Positions 24,990 to 36,145 of a stretch of DNA of 64,000 nt are shown in pieces. The DNA is taken from contig OY740805.1 of the NCBI GenBank assembly GCA_963514005.1, forward strand, positions 36,828,001-36,892,000, in the 5' to 3' direction. The stretch comes from Raja brachyura (lineage: Eukaryota). The position numbers and the translations under genes are program-made. How positions within the stretch are numbered: position 1 is the first letter of the stretch; each line of letters starts with the position of its first letter. The notes beneath the pieces are model-generated. The model saw only the letters and a program-made list of their open reading frames with translations, searched no databases and had not been told where the DNA came from.

Positions 24990-26145
24990 CAACTGGTGGA
25001 CAAACTGGGGGACTTGGGACTTCCACACTCCACCTGCATGTGGATAAATAGCTTCCTGTCGGGCCGCAGCCAGAGAGTCAGAATGGGCCTTCACACATCC
25101 ACGGCCCTCAGCCTCAGTACCGGCTCTCCACAGGGCTGCGTGCTGAGCCCCCTGCTTTACACCATCTACACACATGACTGCACCTCCGCCCACCACAGCA
25201 ACACCATTGTCAAATTTGCAGATGACACTACGGTGGTGGGGCTCATCTCCGGGGGGGGGAGGGGGGGGGGGGGGCGAGTACGCCTATCGGGATGAGGTGG
25301 AGCAGCTGACAGTGTGGTGTGGAGAAAATAACCTGCTCCTGAACACCTTAAAGACCAAGGAGACAATAATAGACTTCAGGAATAACAAAACGGACATGGT
25401 ACCACTAATCATCAGAGGGGACTGTGTGGAGAGGTGGCGGATTTCCGCTTCCTGGGAATCCATATTGAGGAGGACCTGACATGGAGCGTGAACACCTCTG
25501 CGCTGCTGAAAAAGGTCCAGCACAGACTGCACTTCCTGAGGGTGCTCAGGAAGAATAACATCACACAGAAACTGCTGCTGTCCTTTTATCGGTGCTCCAT
25601 CGAGAGCATCCTAACATACTGTGTATGCGTGTGGTACACCAGCTGCACAGCAGCTCAGAGGAAAGCGCTCCAGAGGGCCATTGACAACACCCAGAGGATT
25701 GTCGGCTGCCCTCTCCTTGCCTTGGAGGACTTACACAGTTCCCGCTGCATCAAAAAATCCCAGAATATTATAAAGGACATTTCCCACCCCGGACACTCCC
25801 TGTTTGAACTGTTGCCGTCAGGCAGACGGTACAGATCTACAAGGACAAGGAAAAACAGACTTAAAAACAGTTTTTACCCCACTGCTATAAAGGCACTAAA
25901 TGTAGCCGCCAAGGAACGCGGGGACTAAGGGACTGTGGTTGGTACACTGTGAAATCGACAGAAGGATGTAGGGTTGGGTGTTTATGCGTGCTGTTTTCAT
26001 ATTTCATATTTATTTTAGTTGTTTATCTTTTTTAATATATTATCTTGTATGTATCGTTAGCTTTTATGGTTTGAATGGTGCACTGACTGGTTGACATTTT
26101 TTAATTTCGTTGTACATGGTTCATGTTACAATGACAATAAAAAAA
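24990..26145 (+). mobile_element. Rex1/Babar LINE 3' portion
   Basis: TGSPQGCVLSPLLY..THDC..IVKFADDTTVVGLI, FLGIHI..DLTWS, FYRCSIESILTY, RLKNSFYP. Frameshifted at a poly-G tract; the 3' UTR ends atgacaataaa. Confidence 0.88.
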
Positions 26146-26368
26146 TCACTACTGAGTTGAGCATAGAAGCAAAGAGGACCTTCTGCAGTTGTACAAGGCC
26201 CTAGTGAGACCACACCTGGAGTATTGTGTGCAGTTTTGGTCCCCTAATTTGTGGAAGGACATTCTTGCTATTGAGGGAGTGCAGCGTAGGTTTACAAGGT
26301 TAATTCCCGGGATGGCGGGACTGTCATACGCCAAGAGAATGGAGCGGCTGGGCTTGTACACTCTGGAG

Positions 26369-27378
26369 CAGTGACGTGCGGTGAGGTCAATGGCTGGGGA
26401 GGCACTGGCTTCTACCCCATCCTAACTTAGTTGTGTGTGTGTGTGTTAGTTGTCTGTGCGTGATGTGTTTGGGAGGAGAGGAGAGAAGGGAGGGAGGGAG
26501 GGAACGGAGGAAGGAGAGAAGGGAAAAGAGAGAGAGGAAAGAGGGAAGGAATGAGAGAAGGGAGGGAGGGAAGAAGGGAAGGGAGGGAGAGAAGGGAAGG
26601 AGAGAAGGGAGGGAGAGGGCTGGCGGCGGGAGTGGATGCCGGGCTCCCAAGCCGAGAGTAGATAACGCCACCGTGGGACCCAATTGGGAGCTCCCAGCGG
26701 CCCAGAGCCTCCGAATCGGCCACGACAAATCAACGAATGAACAAACCAGTCAGCGCTGGACGCAGTGGAACCCAGTGCTGCGCCGCCGCTGCTGAAGCTG
26801 GCTAATGTGAAGGGAGAGTGAGGTAGCGTCAATTACGTGGGCTCAGCCTACGTAATTGACGCTCGCTCTCCCTCCACTGGGCTCAGGACACGCCCCCTTG
26901 TGAGGCAGATGTGGTCGCTGCCTCCCCTAGAGCTTTTTCTGTGCACCTTTATGATGAGACCAGTGAGTACAAATTTAATATAGTTATATGTGAAATAATT
27001 TACCTGGACTATGGAAGGTGAGAACATGTAATGGGGTTCACAAGGGGTTTACACACATTACATTGGTGACACACATGGAGATAGTAACAGGCACATGCTT
27101 ATTGCCCGCGCTCCATGCAGTTTCTGAGGGGTTGCACAATCCAAGGGGAGGCTCGTCGCTGCCTCACCTCTCATCTCTTCATGAATTTGCAGCTATTTTG
27201 ACTATAAAAATGATTAGATTCATATAAAAAGGACATTTATAACACAGATCAGTGGAAAAATCTTTATATTTATTTTATTTTATTATTATTTTACTTTACT
27301 TTTCTTAACAGCTATTTTCGTTGGAAGTATGACAGGTGAGGCTCTGCCTCCCCTGCCCCCCCTGCCCGCACGTCCCTG
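26369..27378. mobile_element. Non-autonomous hAT DNA transposon inserted in a CR1
   Basis: TIRs CAGTGACGTGCGG / CCGCACGTCCCTG and a perfect 8-bp TSD CTCTGGAG (26361-26368, 27379-27386). Confidence 0.85.
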
Positions 27379-27803
27379 CTCTGGAGTTTAGAAGGATGAG
27401 AGGGGATCGTATTGAAACATATACGATTATTAAGGGTTTGGACACGCTAGAGGCAGGAAACATACTTGGCGAATAAAGTGCGATTCTGATTCTGAGATGG
27501 TGCATTAATCGAAGGTAGACAAAAAGCTGGAGAAACTCAGCGGGTGAGGCAGCATCTATGGAGAGAAGGAATGGGTGACGTTTCGGGTCAAGGGTCTACA
27601 CCCGAAACGTCACCCATTCCTTCTCTCCATAGATGCTGCCTCACCCGCTGAGTTTCTCCGGCTTTTTGCCCACCTTTAAACAATCATAGTTAAGTTTAGT
27701 TTAGAGACACAGCGTGGACACAGGCCCTTCGGCCCAGCGATTCTCCGCCGACCCGCGATCACCTGGACGCTAGTTCAATCCCACACACACGAGCGACAAT
27801 TTA

Positions 27804-27862
27804 CAGACTCAATTTCTGGTCTCCAGCTGGAGGCGTGGGTTCGAATCCCACCTCTGACACCA
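27804..27862 (+). pseudogene. Reverse-transcribed 3' two-thirds of mature tRNA-Leu(CAA), with CCA
   Basis: CAGACT-CAA-TTTCTGGTCTCCAGCTGGAGGCGTGGGTTCGAATCCCACCTCTGACA-CCA: anticodon arm, long variable arm, T-arm, acceptor 3' strand and CCA. The 5' part (D-arm/A-box) is missing. Confidence 0.88.
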
Positions 27863-28040
27863 TGTTGGTTTTTAAGTCCTTGGAATAATAAAGACCTCAC
27901 ACCATGTCAGGTTATACACTGTTTATTTAGAATAAACAACTACAAGCTCTCACTTGCGAGTTTACTTCAGACTGACGAGTGCAGTAAACCGCGACGTTAA
28001 TAAGCTAATGGGCGTAACTACAAAAGCATGACTCATAACA
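27863..28040 (-). mobile_element. Solo LTR (Gypsy-like), immediately followed by a tRNA-Leu PBS
   Basis: Minus strand reads TGTT...AACA (178 bp) with AATAAA at 27927-27922, then directly TGGTGTCAGAGGTGGGAT. Confidence 0.72.
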
Positions 28041-28251
28041 TGAGCCACTAATTTACACCAATTAACCAACGTACCTGCACGTCTTTGGAATGCGGGAGCG
28101 CGCGGTCACAGGGAGAACATGCGAACCCATAGTCAGGATCGAACCCGGTGAGGCAGCAACTCTACTGCTGCGCCATAATCGGGGGGGGGAGGTGGGGAGG
28201 GGGGGGGGGAGGTGAGGGAGGGGGGAGGAATATTTTTGCAGCAAACCTCAC

Positions 28252-28325
28252 CTTGAAGGCGTCGGCGACAAATTCGGCCCCCCTGCGATTGGTCCATTTC
28301 GAGATCCCGACAAAGAACTCGCGCC
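28252..28325 (-). CDS. DDAH2: DDAH2-like exon 3
   Basis: cag|GG ... AAG|gtgagg, 74 nt: (G)[29 protein letters not shown] is the DDAH2-type motif. Confidence 0.93.
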
Positions 28326-28559
28326 CTGGTGTAGAATCCGATTGGTCGGGAAGTGCGTGGGATAGAAGAGGGAAAATATGTCAGGAAAGATCTGCAGGTT
28401 TTAAATCGAAGACGGACACAAAATGCTGGAGCAAGTCAGGCAGCATCTCTGGCGAAAGAAGGAATGGTTGACATTTGGGGTTGAGACCCTTGTTCAGACC
28501 ACTTCAGACTCCTCCTCCCATTCCCGCACTGACCTTTCTGTCCTGGGCCTCCTCCATTG

Positions 28560-29135
28560 TCAAAGTCAAAAGTCAAACAAACTTTATCGTCATTTAGAAA
28601 TACATTGATATATGCAGTTCCAAACGACATTACGTTGCATTTGGCTCCCTGTGCAACACGATCAATTAACAGAAGGATAGACATGGATAAAATGGATAAA
28701 AAGGATAAAAGGATAAATAGACAATGGTGGCAGCCCATTACATGGCATTCAGGAGTCTGATGGCTCGTGGAAAGAAGCTGTTGCAGAACCTTGATGTTCT
28801 GCTCCTTATGCTGCGATATCTTTTGCCCGAGGGCAGCAGAGTGAACAGTCCGTGATGGAGATGTGTGGGGTCTTTTATAATACTGCTGGCCTTAGACACG
28901 CAACGTTTGGTCGCAATATCCCCGATTGAGGGGAGGGAGGTCCCGATGATTTTTTCCGCTGTCCTCACCACTCTCTGCACGGACTTCCAGTCAGAGGCTT
29001 TACAGTCCCCAAACCAGACAGAGATACAGCTGGTCAAAATACTCCCTATGGTGCCCCTGTAGAAAGTAGTGAGGATGGGATGGGGGAGGTGAGCTCTTCT
29101 CATCCGGCGCAGAAAGTGCAACCGCTGCTGCGCTC
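28560..29135 (-). mobile_element. Rex1/Babar LINE 3' fragment
   Basis: HFLRRMRRA..FYRGTIGSILTSCISVWFG..LLPSGKRYRS..NSFFPRAIRLLN with a (TTTGAC) tail. Confidence 0.85.
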
Positions 29136-30293
29136 AACTGTTGATGAGTGAGGTCCAGCACAAATTTGAGGAACAGCACCTGATATTTCGCTTGGGCAGC
29201 TTATACACCCCAGCGGTATGAACATTGAATTCTCTAACTTCAAATAGCCCTTACTTTCTCTCTCTCTCCATCCCGTCCCCCTTCCCAGTTCTCCCACCAA
29301 TCTTACTGTCTCCGCCAACATTCTATCTCTGTCCCGCCCAGTCCCCTGACATCAGTTTGAAGAAGGGTCTCGACCCGAAACGTCACCCATTCCTTCTCTC
29401 CGGAGATGCTGCCTGTCCCGCTGAGTTACTCCAGCATTTTGTGTCTTTCTGGGGAAAAATATATATATGGGATTTGTAGGAAGCAACTGCAGATGCTGGT
29501 TTACACCGAAGATAGACACAAAGTGCTGGAGTAGCCCAACGGGACAGGCATCAACTCTGAAGGAAAGGAATGGATGACGTTTCAGGTCGAGTCCCTTCTT
29601 CAGTTCCAATAAAATTGCCACCCATTCCTTCTCACCAGAGATGCTGCCTGTCCCGCTGAGTTACTCCAGAAATCACCCATTCCTTCTCACCAGAGATGCT
29701 GCCTGTCCCGCAGAGTTACTCCAGATTGTCTGGTGAAGAGTTTCGACCAAAAACGCCGCCTATTTCCTTCGCTGCAAAGATGCTTTCTCGCCCGCTGAGT
29801 TTCTCCAGCATTNNNNNNNNNNNNNNNNNNNNNNNNNNNNNNNNNNNNNNNNNNNNNNNNNNNNNNNNNNNNNNNNNNNNNNNNNNNNNNNNNNNNNNNN
29901 NNNNNNNNNNNNNNNNNNNNNNNNNNNNNNNNNNNNNNNNNNNNNNNNNNNNNNNNNNNTTTTTTCTCGTTTATTATCTTGGTAACAGTGTAATATGTTT
30001 ACATTATAATAAGGGGTCGGCCATTTTGAACGGAGACGAGGAAACACTTTTTTCACACAGAAAGTTGTGAGTCTGTGGAATTCTCTGCCTCAGAGGGCGG
30101 TGGAGGCCGGTTCTCTGGATACTTTCAAGAGAGAGCTGGATAGGGCTCTTAAAGATAGCAGAGTCGGGGGATATGGGGAGAACGCAGGAACGGGGTACTG
30201 ATTGGGGATGATCAGCCATGATCACATTGAATGGTGGTGCTGGCTCAAAGGGCCGAATGGCCTACTCCTGCACCTATTGTCTGTTGTCTACAT

Positions 30294-30551
30294 CAAGGGT
30301 GGGGAACCTGCGGCCTTCTAGGCCTTTGAATGAATCCAAATTTTGTAGAACAAATCCATTTGTTTTTATTAATATGCTTTTGTTCGTCTTTTATTATTTT
30401 TATTTTAATCTTAAAATGAACGTATTTTAAATACTTAACAGAAGATTCAACTAAATAATCCTATAATTAATTGAACTCTCTTGGATGCGGCCTTATTAGA
30501 TTACAGCTAACTTAATGCGGCCTTCCGACATGAAAAGGTTCCCCACCCCTG
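30294..30551. mobile_element. hAT/Charlie-like MITE
   Basis: TIR CAAGGGTGGGGAACCT / AGGTTCCCCACCCCTG and an 8-bp TSD GTCTACAT on both sides. Confidence 0.85.
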
Positions 30552-30904
30552 GTCTACATATTCTGTTGTGCTGCTGCAAGTAAGAATTTCATTGTTATAT
30601 TCATTTATATTGGTTATGTGTTGAAATCACTGCTAGACTGGACAAGCAGCATTAACTAGTGAAACCAGTCAACACAAGTATCGGTGGCATGGTGGCATAG
30701 TGGTCGAGTTGGGGGAGGAGGGGAGGAGGGGAGGAGGGGGGGAGGGGAGTCAGTCTCAGTCCGTTTCACGACAGAAGGGGGAGGAGTTGAAAACTTTGAT
30801 ACGGGACAGTCTTGCAGAGCTGTACGCAAATTATGTGCCTGGTGCAGGTGATGATAAAGAAACCATTGACCATTGAACCAAAGTTAGAATCGATAATGTT
30901 TTAA

Positions 30905-31542
30905 AGAAGGAACTGCAGATGCTGGAGAATCGAGGGTACACAAAAAGCTGGAGAAACTCAGCAGGCGCAGCAGCATCTAAGGAGCGAAGGATATAGGCGA
31001 CGTTTTGGGTCGAGACCCTTCTTCAGACTGGTCAGGGATCAGGAAAACGAGAGATATAGATGGTGATGTGGAGGGATAAAGAACAATGAATGAAAGATAT
31101 GCAAAAAAGTATTGATGATAAAGGAAACAGGCCATTGTAAGCTGTTTGTAGTGTGAAAATGAGAAAATGAGGGCTTAAACATTGAATTTTCTCAATTCTG
31201 TTAACCCAGATTGCCTCCTCCCCCTTCCCACCTCTCCCTCAGCCCTCGGGCCCTGACATTCCTTCTCCATCTCCCCCCCCCCCCCCCCCCCCCCACACCC
31301 AAGTCGCACTAGCTTCTCATTTTCACACTACAAACAGCTTACAATGGCCTGTTTCCTTTATCATCAATACTTTTTTGCATATCTTTCATTCATTGTTCTT
31401 TATCTCTCCACATCACTGTCTATATCTCTCGTTTCCCTGATCCATGACCAGTCTGAAGAAGGGTCTCGACCCGAAACGTCGCCTATCTCCTTCGCTCCTT
31501 AGATGCTGCTGCACCCGCTGAGTTTCTCCAGCTTTTTGTGTA
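30905..31542. mobile_element. Penelope-like inverted pLTR pair
   Basis: ~230-bp inverted arms at 30937-31166 and 31314-31542, each carrying the CTGAAGA..GAAAC motif. Confidence 0.8.
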
Positions 31543-31577
31543 ATCCTTAGAATCAATAATGCTAGGGTGGGGTTTAA

Positions 31578-32486
31578 CGGTACCGGGACGTGGCGCCGAT
31601 GGACGAGAAGCCGAAGCAAAGTGGAAGCCAAATAGTGGAATGGAAACAAAGCCGAAACACCAACTAACCGAGGGCAGGACGCCTAAAACCAACTAACTGA
31701 AAGGACGGGACGCCTAAAAGCAAACTCGCCGAATGGCTGCTCTGCCGAAACATCACCTACCCAAAAGGCCGCCCTGCCGAAACGCCACCTACCCAAAAGG
31801 CGGCGTTGCCTACAAGCCAACGAACCGACTGCCGTTCAACAGAAAAGTCAAATAATGGACATGACGTTGCCGGGGGACGGGACCTGTCAGCGATTGGTCC
31901 AGACCCCCGCGTCCATCTGGGTTAACATCTCCACCGGCGGGATGGTGGGGTTCATTTTCCCACACAAGCCATAGGTGCCTGGGCAATTGGAACCCGAGCG
32001 CCAAGTTGAACGCGGCCGAAGGTGCGCATCCCTCGGGACAGCCCCCACTCTCCCACGGCAACCCTCCGCCTCGTCTCCCCCGTTCGGCCAGACTGTGACG
32101 GCCTGTGGGTCGGGTGGAGTGGAGGTGTGGGACAATATTCATGCCTACACAGTGATGTGTTGGACGCGGGGGTCTGGACAAATCGCTGACAATTCCCCCC
32201 CCCCCCCCCCCCCCCCGGCATAGTCATGTCCATTATTTGACTTTTCTGTTGAGCGCCCATTTGGTTCGTTGGGTTGTAGGCGACACCACGTACAGGCAGG
32301 TGGCGTTTTGGCAGAGCAGCCATTCGGTCAGTTTGCCTTTAGGCGACACAGCCTTTTGGTCAGTTTGCATTTAGGCATCCCGCCCTTTCGGTTAGTTGGC
32401 TTTTAAGCGTCCCAACCTTTCCGTTATTTGGCTTGCACTTCTTTGCTTCGGCTTCTGGTTCATCTGCGCCACGTCCGCACACGGTG
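31578..32486. mobile_element. Foldback-like element with long imperfect TIRs made of sub-repeats
   Basis: Left arm ~31578-31880 is inverted relative to ~32215-32480. Arms contain gccgaa/gcctaaa sub-repeats, and GTTTAAC flanks both ends. Confidence 0.65.
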
Positions 32487-32499
32487 TTTAACTTGCTCA

Positions 32500-34280
32500 G
32501 GAAGATCTGAAGCTCAAAACATCGCAATCAACACCAAAATAGGCATCTTTAACTCAAATGTGAAACAGGTGACGCTGTATGGATCAGAGACATGCAAAAC
32601 AACAAAATACCCCACAAACAGGCTGCAAACATTCACTAACACCTGCCTTATGAGAATACTCAACATCTGGTGGAAATACAAAGTAAGCAAAGCTATTTAC
32701 AATATACATCAATAATTTGGATGAAGGGGTTCAAAGTAACATTAGCAAATTTGCAGATGACACAAAGCTGGGTGGCAGTGTGAACTGTGAGGAGGATGTT
32801 ATGAGAATGCAGGGTGACTTGGACAGGATGGGGGAGTGGGCAGATGCATGGCATGTGAAGTGTAATGCGGATAAATGTGAGGTTATCCACTTTGGTAGCA
32901 AAAAATAGGAAGGCAGATTACTATCTAAATAACGTCATGTTGGGAAAAAGGGAAGTACAACGGGATCTGGGGGTCCTTGTTCATCAGTCTATGTAAGTAA
33001 GCATGCAGGTACAGCAGGTAGTGAAGAAAGCGAATGGCATGTTGGCCTTTATACACGAGGAATCGAATATAGGAGCAAAGAGGTCTTTCTGCAGTTGTAC
33101 AGAGCCCCAGTGAGACCACACCTGTAGTATTGTGTGCTGTTTTGGTCCCCTAATTTGAGGAAGGACATTCTTGCTATTGAGGGAATTCAGTGAAGGTTTA
33201 CATGGTTAATTCCCGGGATGGCTGGACTGTCATATGCTGAGAGAATGGAGCGGCTGGGCTTGCACACTCTGGAGTTTAGAAGGATGAGAGGGTATATCAT
33301 TGAAACATATAAGATTGTTAAGGGTTTGGACACGCTAGAGGCAGGAAACATGTTCCCGATGTTTGGAGAGTCCAGAACCATGGGCCACAGTTTTAGAATA
33401 AGGAGTAAGCCATTTAGAACGGAGTTGAGGAAACACATTTTCACACAGAGAGTTGTGAGTCTGTGGAATTCTCTGCCTCAGAGGGCGGTGGAGGCAGGTT
33501 CTCTGGATGCTTTCAAGAGAGAGCTAGATAGGGCTCTTAAAAATAGCGGAGTCAGGGGATATGGAGAGAAGGCAGGAACGGGGTACTGATTGGGGATGAT
33601 CAGCCATGCTCACATTGAATAGCGGTGCTGGCTACTGCTGCACCTATTGTCTATTGTCTATTGTCTATTGACCTGCGGAAAAGAACAAGCCAGGAGCCCA
33701 TTGACTTACAAATCCAAAGGAGAAAATGGAGTTCGATTGGACACACCCTCAGGAAACCTGCCACAAGCATCACCCGGCAAGCCCTGAAATAGAATCCCCA
33801 AAGGAAAAAGGAAAAGAGGTCGCCCCAGGAACAGCTGGAGAAACATAGAAACATAGAAAATAGGTACAGGAGTAGGCCATTCGGCCCTCCGTGCCTGCAC
33901 TGCCATTCAATATGATCATGGCTGATCATCCAACTCAGTATCCTATACCTGCCTTCTCTCCATATCCCCTGATCCCCTTAGCCACAAGGGCCACATGTGA
34001 CTCCCTCTTAAATATAGCCAATGAACTGGCCTCAACTACCTTCTGTGGCAGAGAATTCCACAGATTCACCACTCTCTGTGTGAAAAATGTTTTTCTCATC
34101 TTGGTCCTAAAAGATTTCCCCCTTATCCTTCTAAGGTGTCCAGAGAAGAGGTGGCCAGAAGTGTCTGAGAGTGGGCTCAACGGGGGAGATCTCGATAGAA
34201 CTGCCAACAACCGAGTGAGGTGGAGGTCATTTGTCAATGGTCTATGCTCCCCAGAGGAGCAAAGGGGTTTAAGAAGAGGA
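32500..34280 (+). mobile_element. RTE-clade LINE 3' part split by two CR1 insertions
   Basis: IFNSNVKQVTLYGSET..RLQTF..RILNIWW (32500-32690), RRKW..IGHTLRK..NPQGKRKRGRP (33670-33840), [13 protein letters not shown] (34135-34280). CR1s lie at 32692-33670 (+) and 33841-34132 (-). Confidence 0.8.
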
Positions 34281-34400
34281 AGATTGAACCAAAGTGCATT
34301 AAATCGGAACAGGAAGAGGTGGGGGCGGGGGGGAGACAAAGAGGAGAAGACGCAAAAAATGAAAAATAAAATGAAAATTCTGGTAAAGCCATGGTTTTAC

Positions 34401-34500
34401 CGGTGAACAAGACGTCGCTGCCGTCTAGTGTAGCGGTCTCATCTGTCACCTCCAGCACTCGTAGCTTCAACTCCTGTAGTATGCTCTTCACTGTGTCCAC
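34401..34500 (-). CDS. DDAH2: DDAH2-like exon 2
   Basis: ttcag|GTG ... ACC G|gtaaaa, 100 nt: [33 protein letters not shown](G). The phase matches exon 3. Confidence 0.93.
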
Positions 34501-35699
34501 CTGAAACATAAATTGGTGTCAACACATGTAACGAGGTACACTGAAAAGCTTTTCTTTAGGTTCGTTTAGCGATACAGTGCGGAAACAGGCCCTTCGGCCC
34601 ACCGGGTCCCTGCCGGCCAGCGATCCCTGCACATTAACACTATCCTACACCTACTGGAGACCACACCTGGGGTATTGTGTGCAGTTTTGCTCTCCTAATT
34701 TGAGGAAGGACATTCTTACTATTGAGGGAGTGCAGCGTAGGTTCACAAGGTTAATTCGCGGGAAGGCGGGACTGTCATATGCTGAGAGAATGCAGCGGCT
34801 GGGCTTGTATTCGCTGGAATTTAGAAGGATGAGAGGGCATCTCATTGAAACATATAAGATTGTTACGGGTTTGGACGCTAGAGGCAGGAAACATGTTCCC
34901 GATGCAGGGGGAGTCCAGAACCAGGGGCCACACAGTTTAAAATTCACTGGTATTTAAGCTTGTATTCACTGGAATTTAGAAGAATGAGAGGATATCTTAT
35001 AGAAACATATAAAATTCTTAAGGGATTATTTAGCAGAGAAACAGGCCCTTCGCCCCACCGGGTCCGCACCGACCAGCGATCCCTGCACATTAACATTATC
35101 CTACACCCACTAGGGACAATTTTTTTACATTTACCAAGCCAATTAACCTACAAACCCTGCACGTCTTTGGAGTGTGGGAGGAAACCGAAGATGTCGGAGA
35201 AAACCCACGCAAGTCAAGGGGAGAACGTGCAAACTCCGTACAGACAGCACCCGTAGTCGGGATAGAAGCCGGGTCTCCGGCGCTGTGAGGCAGCAGCTCT
35301 ACTGTTGCCTGACCCGCTGAGTTACTCCAGCACTTAGTGCCCATCTGCAATTTAAAGCCATCGATCGCTTCATTTTAAATCCCTGCAGGCTTGCGAGTTT
35401 GTAGGTTAATTGTCACTGGTGCAGTGAGAAAGTGGAACTCGAGTGAACACGGGTGATCGAAGGTCAGTGTGGACTCAGGGCACATGCTCCACGCTGCATC
35501 TCCAAACTCAGCTGAAAGCACAGAGAAATCTCCCTTGGCAGGAAGCCTCACTGCAGAGGGAGGAAATGATACACAGATGTGCATGTTCACCACAAACAGA
35601 TGGGGCCCCGGTCAAAGGTCGGGGAAACAATCTGCAAGAGGGAATACGAAGGGAAAGAAAAATGCTGGAGAGAGAGCTGAGGACTAGGAGCATAGAAAC

Positions 35700-36145
35700 A
35701 AAGAAAATAGGTGCAGGAGTAGGCCATTCGCCCCTTCGAGCCAGCATCGCCATTCAATAGACAATAGACAATAGGTGCAGGAGAAGGCCATTCGGCCCGT
35801 CGAGCCAGCACCGCCATTCAATAGACAATAGACAATAGGTGCAGGAGTAGGCCATTCGGCCCTTCAAGCCAGCACCGCCATTCAATAGACAATAGACAAT
35901 AGGTGCAGGAGTAGGCCATTCGGCCCTTTGAGCTAGCACCACCATTCAATAGACAATAGAGAATAGGTGCAGGAGTAGGCCATTCGGCCCCTCAAGCCTG
36001 CACTGTCATTCAATAGACAATAGACAATAGGTGCAGGAGTAGGCCATTCGGCCCTTCAAGCCAGCACCGCCATTCAACAGACAATAGACAATAGGTGCAG
36101 GAGTAGGCCATTTGGCCCTTCAAGCCAGCACCGCCATTCAATGTG
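35700..36145 (-). repeat. 64-bp minisatellite (7 copies) made of the CR1 3' terminus
   Basis: Unit caatagacaatagacaataggtgcaggagtaggccattcggcccttcgagccagcaccgccatt; the last copy continues into CR1 body sequence. Confidence 0.9.

Noticed and set aside
27804-27862. Functional tRNA-Leu gene
   Set aside because: It lacks the 5' acceptor strand and D-arm/A-box, and carries an encoded CCA fused to an LTR.
35700-36145. CRISPR-like regularly spaced repeats
   Set aside because: The units are contiguous tandem copies of the CR1 3' end with no unique spacers, there are no cas genes, and the context is eukaryotic.
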